Shown piece after piece: positions 58,731-64,000 of a DNA stretch of 64,000 nucleotides. The notes beneath the pieces were generated by a model, which was not told the DNA's origin, made no database searches, and worked only from the letters and a program-made list of their open reading frames with translations. The translations under genes were made by a program, and so were the position numbers. How positions within the stretch are numbered: position 1 is the first letter of the stretch; each line of letters opens with the position of its first letter. Source of the DNA: Candidatus Latescibacterota bacterium (GTDB taxonomy: Bacteria; Latescibacterota; UBA2968; UBA8231); contig CBDCNM010000001.1 in the NCBI GenBank assembly GCA_965219385.1, positions 794,631-858,630 on the forward strand, given 5' to 3'.

Positions 58731-61295
58731 ATGCGGCGGGCGTTTCCACATCGGCTTTTGGGATCCGCAAGCGCCTTCCTGCTCCTGGCGACTACCGGTC
58801 CGGCGAGCATACATGCCCAGGAAGGATGTCTCCCTCTCGCCTCATCGCACGCCGTCTCGATCAACGAATTTCTGGCCTCCAATATCCGCACCAACCCCGA
58901 CCTGGACTTCGGTGAGTACTCCGACTGGGTGGAGTTGCAAAACCGCGAGGATTTCTGTGTGGATCTAAGCGGTTCCCAGTTGACGGATGATATGGAGGAG
59001 TTCTGGTCCATTCCCGCCCGGGCCATCATTCCCGCCCGGGGATTCCTTCTGTTGTGGGCAGATGGACGGGATACCACCGCACTGAGCTACCACGCCAACT
59101 TCAGATTGGATAAGGATGGGGAAACCGTTGCTCTTGTGAACCCGAACCGCACCGTGGTGGATTCGGTCTCCTATCCGGAGCAGGAGACGGATGTATCCTA
59201 CGGCCGGGCGCCGAATGGACAGGGCTGGTTCTACCTGGCGGATCCGACGCCGGGGGGCGAAAATAGCGGCGGTCTTCACACCAATACGGAAACGGCTGCT
59301 CCACCGGAGTTTTTTCCGCGAGGGGGATTCTGCGAACCGGCGCAGGAGATCGCCATCGAACCTGAAGTCGACGGAGGCATGATACACTACTCGACAGACG
59401 GCTCGATTCCCACTCATCGATCACCCCGCTACCTCTCCCCCATCCGGTTGTTCAGCACGACGGTTTTGCGCGCCCGCACCTACCATCGGGATCGCCTGCC
59501 GAGCGCAACGGTCACACAGACTTATCTGGTCGGCGAACCCCGACACCTGCCCGTCGTCTCTTTGGCCACCAACCCGGACAACTTGTGGGATCCGTACGCC
59601 GGCATTTACGTCCTCGGCGAAAACGGAGTGCCGCGGCTGCCGGGAGAGGAGATCGTAGCCAACTTCTACCAGGATTGGGAGCGGCCTTTCAACCTGGAAT
59701 TCTTCGACGCAGCCGGCGAACAGCGGATCAATCAGCCGGTCGGCGCCAAGGTCTCCGGTTTTTCGAGCCGGGGGTTCGAGCAGAAATCCCTCTCCATCTT
59801 CGCCCGCCGCCGCTACGGCAAGGATCATATCGACTACCGCATGTTCCCGGGTAAGAGCATCGAGCGCTTCAGACGCTTTCTCCTGCGCAACTCGGGGAAC
59901 GACCACACCCAGACTCAGTTTCACGACGGCATGACGCAGAGCTTGATCGCCGGGAGAATGGACCTGGACTACCAGGCCTACCAGCCGGCGGTGACGTTCA
60001 TCAACGGCAACTACTGGGGTATCATGAACGTGCGGGAGAAGATGGACGACTACTACCCCGAATCGAACTACGGCATCGACCACGAGGACGTCGAGATCGT
60101 CGATATGGATCACGGACGCGGATTGCCCCACCCGGAGCACTACGAAAATCTGCTGGATTTCATTCGCAACAACAGCGAACGGAAAAGCGAGAACTACGAG
60201 TACCTGAAAACCCAGTTGGATATGGATGCGTTCATCGACTACTACATCTTCTTTCTGTTCATAGCCAACAACGACTGGCGTCTCTCCTATGCCAACTCCA
60301 AGGCTTGGCGGCCCCAATCGGAGGGCGGCCGCTGGCGCTGGCTGGTGTTCGACACGGACGGAAGCTTCGGACAATCTGAAAAATCCGCCTATACAAAGAA
60401 CGACATCGAAGTGAGGGTGCCGTCCTTCTTCCTCAACCATCTCATAAACAATTCCAGTTTCAGGCACGAGCTGATCCAGCGCTTTGCCGCGCATCTGAAC
60501 AGCACCTTCGTTCCCGAACGCGTCATCGGCATCATAGACAGCCTCCAGGCCGCGATCGAGCCAGAGATGCCCCGGCACATCGAGCGCTTTCACCATCCGG
60601 CGGACATGGATGCCTGGCGTGAATTCGTGGAGGTGAGGAGAGAGTTTGCCCGTCGCCGGCCGCGCCACATCCGCCGGCACATCATGGATTATTTATCGAT
60701 TGCCGATACCGCCCGCATCAATCTGCAGGTGTCGCCTTCCGGCGGTGGCGCGATCGCCGCCCACGGCGTGGCCATGCCGAACGGCGCCGGCGCGGGGCTG
60801 TATTTTTCGGGCCTGCCCCTGCGACTGAAGGCCACACCGAACATCGGCTTTCGGTTCGCCGGTTGGAATGAAACCTCCCCAGACGCCCCGGACTCCCTCA
60901 TTCACCTCGTCACCGCCGCCGATACGATTACTGCGCTGTTCACGCCGGTCCGCCTGGGAACGCTGATCACCGGCGAGTTCATGGACCGCAACGATTCCGT
61001 TGCGAATCGGAACCCGAGAGTATTTGCCCTGCACCAGAATTCTCCCAACCCGTTCAATTCGTCCACTTCGATTCGCTATTCTCTCGCCACTGGCGCGGCA
61101 GTGACGATCTCTCTCTACAACCTCGGGGGCCAGAAACTGCTCACCTTCAGGCTGGGCAGGCAGCCGGCGGGGGACCATTTCATTCGATGGGACGGCAAGG
61201 ATCGGAAGGGGGCCGCCTTGGCGTCCGGGTTGTATCTGTACGAACTGCGCGCCGGCGGATTCAGGCAGGTGCGCCAGATGCTTCTCCTCAAATAG
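58731..61295 (+). CDS. Secreted CotH-kinase family protein with lamin-tail, Fn3/chitobiase-like and FlgD-Ig-type C-terminal domains
   Basis: INEFLASN...DWVEL, HYSTDGSIP, QKSL, LRNSGND, NNDW...WRWLVFDTD, FALHQNSPNPFNSST...WDGKD...SGLYLY; start may be 58593. Confidence 0.85.
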   Translation: MRRAFPHRLLGSASAFLLLATTGPASIHAQEGCLPLASSHAVSINEFLASNIRTNPDLDFGEYSDWVELQNREDFCVDLSGSQLTDDMEEFWSIPARAIIPARGFLLLWADGRDTTALSYHANFRLDKDGETVALVNPNRTVVDSVSYPEQETDVSYGRAPNGQGWFYLADPTPGGENSGGLHTNTETAAPPEFFPRGGFCEPAQEIAIEPEVDGGMIHYSTDGSIPTHRSPRYLSPIRLFSTTVLRARTYHRDRLPSATVTQTYLVGEPRHLPVVSLATNPDNLWDPYAGIYVLGENGVPRLPGEEIVANFYQDWERPFNLEFFDAAGEQRINQPVGAKVSGFSSRGFEQKSLSIFARRRYGKDHIDYRMFPGKSIERFRRFLLRNSGNDHTQTQFHDGMTQSLIAGRMDLDYQAYQPAVTFINGNYWGIMNVREKMDDYYPESNYGIDHEDVEIVDMDHGRGLPHPEHYENLLDFIRNNSERKSENYEYLKTQLDMDAFIDYYIFFLFIANNDWRLSYANSKAWRPQSEGGRWRWLVFDTDGSFGQSEKSAYTKNDIEVRVPSFFLNHLINNSSFRHELIQRFAAHLNSTFVPERVIGIIDSLQAAIEPEMPRHIERFHHPADMDAWREFVEVRREFARRRPRHIRRHIMDYLSIADTARINLQVSPSGGGAIAAHGVAMPNGAGAGLYFSGLPLRLKATPNIGFRFAGWNETSPDAPDSLIHLVTAADTITALFTPVRLGTLITGEFMDRNDSVANRNPRVFALHQNSPNPFNSSTSIRYSLATGAAVTISLYNLGGQKLLTFRLGRQPAGDHFIRWDGKDRKGAALASGLYLYELRAGGFRQVRQMLLLK

Positions 61296-61563
61296 GGCTT
61301 GAAGGGCCGGCGCCGGTCCGTTTGTGCCAAGGTGCTGAATTCTCATGAACGAAGCCACAGCGCATATAGAAGCGTTTCAGTCCGCGCTGGGGCTGAAGAA
61401 GCTTCCTTTCGTGTACGGTAAATCTGGGGCGGTTTTGCCGCAGCCTTTGGGTGCTCGGGGTGGGATCCCTTGCCCTCGCTGTGCAGATGAGGCCATATTA
61501 GCTATAGGCTGATACCACACAGGCACTTACTCACAATCAACTAACCAACGAGACTTGGGAGCC

Positions 61564-61896
61564 ATGGAAATTAACGTCGAACGCGAAGACGGCACCTTGA
61601 TTGCCGAGGTGAAAGGCCGGGTCGACAGCGCCAACGCCCGCGAATTCGAGCAGACGCTCAGTGCGGCTATCGGCGACGACCGCAACGTTCTTATCGATTT
61701 TGAGGGTCTTTCCTACATCAGCAGTTCGGGTCTGCGGGTCCTGCTGCTGGTGGCCAAGACGCTGCGGCAGCGGTCGGCGCACTTGGTGCTGTGCTCGCTT
61801 GCGGGGTCGATTCGGGAGGTTTTCGAGATCAGCGGCTTCGACAAGATCATTCCGATTCACGGCTCCCGGGCCGAGGCGCTGGCCGCGCGCGGCTAG
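61564..61896 (+). CDS. STAS anti-sigma-factor antagonist, copy 2
   Basis: Near-identical paralogue of 50665-50997; YISSSGLRVLL. Confidence 0.93.
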   Translation: MEINVEREDGTLIAEVKGRVDSANAREFEQTLSAAIGDDRNVLIDFEGLSYISSSGLRVLLLVAKTLRQRSAHLVLCSLAGSIREVFEISGFDKIIPIHGSRAEALAARG

Positions 61897-62040
61897 GCTT
61901 TGGCTCGGAGCGCCGCGCTGCGCGCTGAACCTGCGCCCTTTGATCGGGGGAGCGGCGCATGCGCTGGGTGAACCATGCTCAGGTGGGTGGAAGGTCGGAA
62001 CCCTAACCTCAAGCCCTCATCCATCTTACACTATGAATAT

Positions 62041-62169
62041 ATGACGCAAGTGCCCTGCAAGATTCTCTTGGTCGAGGTTTTCCAGGCGGTGCACGCATTC
62101 GCCGGCGAAAGGCCCCAATTCGACGACATCACCTACCTGACGTTGCGCTACAGCGGGCGAGAGCCATGA
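62041..62169 (+). pseudogene. Internally deleted copy of the REC-PP2C phosphatase
   Basis: MTQVPCKILLV joined in frame to VFQAVHAFAGERPQFDDITYLTLRY, i.e. the first ~11 and last ~28 residues of the 51162-52322 paralogue. Confidence 0.88.
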
Positions 62170-62588
62170 ACGCGAAACGATCCTTGCGCATTGCGACGGA
62201 AATCGGCGAGTTGGCGCGGATTCACGCCGCGGTGGAGGAACTGGGGCAGGCCGCGGCTTGGCCGCCCGACCTCGTGTACCAGGTCAACCTCGTCCTCGAG
62301 GAGTTGGCCGTCAACATTATCAACTATGGGCACGCCGGCGACCCGAGCCACGAGATCGAGGTCGTCTTGGCTTGGGAGGCGGACCGGCTCACCATCGAGA
62401 TGGTGGACGACGCCCCGGCCTTCAATCTCCTGGACGACGCCCCCGAACCGGATTTGTCGTCGGCGCTGGAAGATCGTCGGGTGGGCGGTCTGGGCGTTTA
62501 TCTGGTGCACACCTTGATGGACGAACTGCCCTACCGGCGCGAGGAGGGCCGCAACCACCTCACCCTGATTAAGCGGAGGAAGGGATGA
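62166..62588 (+). CDS. RsbW-like anti-sigma serine kinase, copy 2
   Basis: LEELAVNIINYG, DDAPAFN, GGLGVYLV; close paralogue of 52328-52759. Confidence 0.92.
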   Translation: MNAKRSLRIATEIGELARIHAAVEELGQAAAWPPDLVYQVNLVLEELAVNIINYGHAGDPSHEIEVVLAWEADRLTIEMVDDAPAFNLLDDAPEPDLSSALEDRRVGGLGVYLVHTLMDELPYRREEGRNHLTLIKRRKG

Positions 62589-63748
62589 GGGGCGTGGTCG
62601 CCTTGCTCGCCGCGCTCGCTGCGGCTGTGGGGATTGGCGCCGAAGAGAGCGGCATCTCCGACCAGCGCATCCTCTTTGGCCAGTCCGCGGCCTTTAGCGG
62701 TCCCGCCCAGGAACTGGGCAAGAATATGCGGCGCGGCATCCAGGCGGCCTTTGCGGAGGCCAATCGGCAAGGCGGTGTCCACGGCCGGCAGTTGGAACTG
62801 CGGTCTCTCGACGACGCCTACGAACCCGAAGCCGCCATTGCCAACACCCGCCAACTGATCGAGCAGGAGGGGGTTTTTGCGCTGATCGGCGCCGTTGGCA
62901 CGCCCACTTCTCGCTCGGCCACTCCCGTGGCCGCAGCCGTCGGCGTGCCCTACATCGCTCCCTTTACGGGTGCCGCCTTCCTGCGCCAGGCAAAGTGGCG
63001 CAACGTGATCAACCTGCGGGCCTCCTACGACCAGGAGACCGAGGCCATGGTCGCCCGCTTGACCGCGGACCTGGGCATTGAGCGCATCGCCGTGATGTAC
63101 CAGGACGACTCCTTTGGTCGGGCCGGGTACCGCGGGGCGCGGCAGGCGCTCGAGCGACGCGGCATGAAGCCGGTGGCAATCGGGGTGTACCCGCGCAATA
63201 CCACGGCGGTGAAGACGGCCCTGCTCGACCTGCGCAGCGCTACCCCCGACGCAGTGATCTTGGTCGGGGCCTACCAGCCGGTGGCGGCGCTGATCGCCTG
63301 GGCGCGGCACACGGGTTGGGAGCCCGTCTTCATAACCATCTCCTTTGTGGGCAGCAATGCGTTGGCCAGGAAACTCGGTCGCGCCGGCACCGGGGTTTTC
63401 GTCACCCAGGTGGTACCCTTTCCGACCAATGACACCCCCCCGGTCATCGCCTCCTACCGCCGAGCCCTAGCGGCCCACGCGCCCGAAGCCGCGCCCGGTT
63501 TTGTCTCCTTGGAAGGCTACTTGGCGGGTCGGTTGGCCATTGCCGCCCTCGAACGCTGCGGCCAAGAGGTCGATCGTGCTCGCTTTCTCGAGAGTTTGCG
63601 CGGCGCCGATCTCATCGACCTCGACGGCTTTGAACTCCGCTACGGCGCCGACGACAACCAGGGTTCGGACGCGGTCTTCCTCACCGCGATCGGCAACGAT
63701 GGCGCGTACCACCCCATCAATACGCTGCGGGAGGCGATGCAGCCATGA
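62585..63748 (+). CDS. Periplasmic ligand-binding protein (LivK-like family)
   Basis: Signal peptide, GQSAAFSGPA, DDAYEP, VGTPTS, RASY, SLEGY; ATGA overlaps at both ends. Confidence 0.9.
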   Translation: MRGVVALLAALAAAVGIGAEESGISDQRILFGQSAAFSGPAQELGKNMRRGIQAAFAEANRQGGVHGRQLELRSLDDAYEPEAAIANTRQLIEQEGVFALIGAVGTPTSRSATPVAAAVGVPYIAPFTGAAFLRQAKWRNVINLRASYDQETEAMVARLTADLGIERIAVMYQDDSFGRAGYRGARQALERRGMKPVAIGVYPRNTTAVKTALLDLRSATPDAVILVGAYQPVAALIAWARHTGWEPVFITISFVGSNALARKLGRAGTGVFVTQVVPFPTNDTPPVIASYRRALAAHAPEAAPGFVSLEGYLAGRLAIAALERCGQEVDRARFLESLRGADLIDLDGFELRYGADDNQGSDAVFLTAIGNDGAYHPINTLREAMQP

Positions 63749-64000
63749 CTGGCCTACTGAAACGCCTGCTCGAGGGCCGCTTCCGCATCTCGGCGCAACT
63801 CTACTTGGGCATCGGCGGTGCCGTCGTCCTCACCATGGGCGCGAGCCTGGTCGGCTGGTTCTCCTTCAACGAGGTGGGCGATGCCCAGCGCCGCGTCAAC
63901 GAGGACAGCGTCCCAGAGATGGCGGCCGCTTTCGGAGTCGCTCAGCAAAGCGGCACCCTGACCGCGGCGGCCCCGCGCCTGACAGCCGCGTCCACACCGG
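63745..64000 (+). CDS. Membrane sensor with TorS-like N-terminus, 3'-partial
   Basis: MTGLLKRLLEGRFRISAQLYLGIGGAVVLTMGASLVGWFSFNEVGDAQRRVNEDSVPEM...; one TM helix then helical periplasmic region; open to window end. Confidence 0.65.
   Translation, partial: MTGLLKRLLEGRFRISAQLYLGIGGAVVLTMGASLVGWFSFNEVGDAQRRVNEDSVPEMAAAFGVAQQSGTLTAAAPRLTAASTP

Overview
GC-rich bacterial chromosomal DNA in two parts. Bases 1 to ~21,180 are intact, densely coding core-like sequence: polysaccharide export (SLBB, Wzz), tRNA-Tyr, mdh, argG, a Ca2+/Na+ antiporter with a structured leader, an orphan ExbB/ExbD-like operon, sugar/oxidoreductase genes, RidA and tRNA-Lys. From tRNA-Lys to the end the DNA looks like a decaying accessory region: four IS elements (two IS630, two IS5), many frameshifted or internally deleted genes and broken toxin-antitoxin modules. 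It also holds candidate anti-phage genes (an intact SF1 helicase-PLD fusion resembling Mokosh type II, an ABC-ATPase + TOPRIM-like pair, two PD-(D/E)XK proteins), a split polyamine-type ABC operon and a CotH-like secreted protein. The most unusual part is 48-64 kb: a partner-switching (STAS / REC-PP2C / RsbW-like) cluster present as one intact, one collapsed and one partly collapsed copy. It is associated with a SulP-STAS transporter, an NCS2 permease fused to a degenerate RsbW-like domain, a GPP34 (GOLPH3-like) protein, a binding protein and a TorS-like sensor. All calls come from reading motifs by eye; no searches were run. The FlgD-Ig-type C-terminal domain on the CotH protein hints at an FCB-group host (weak inference).
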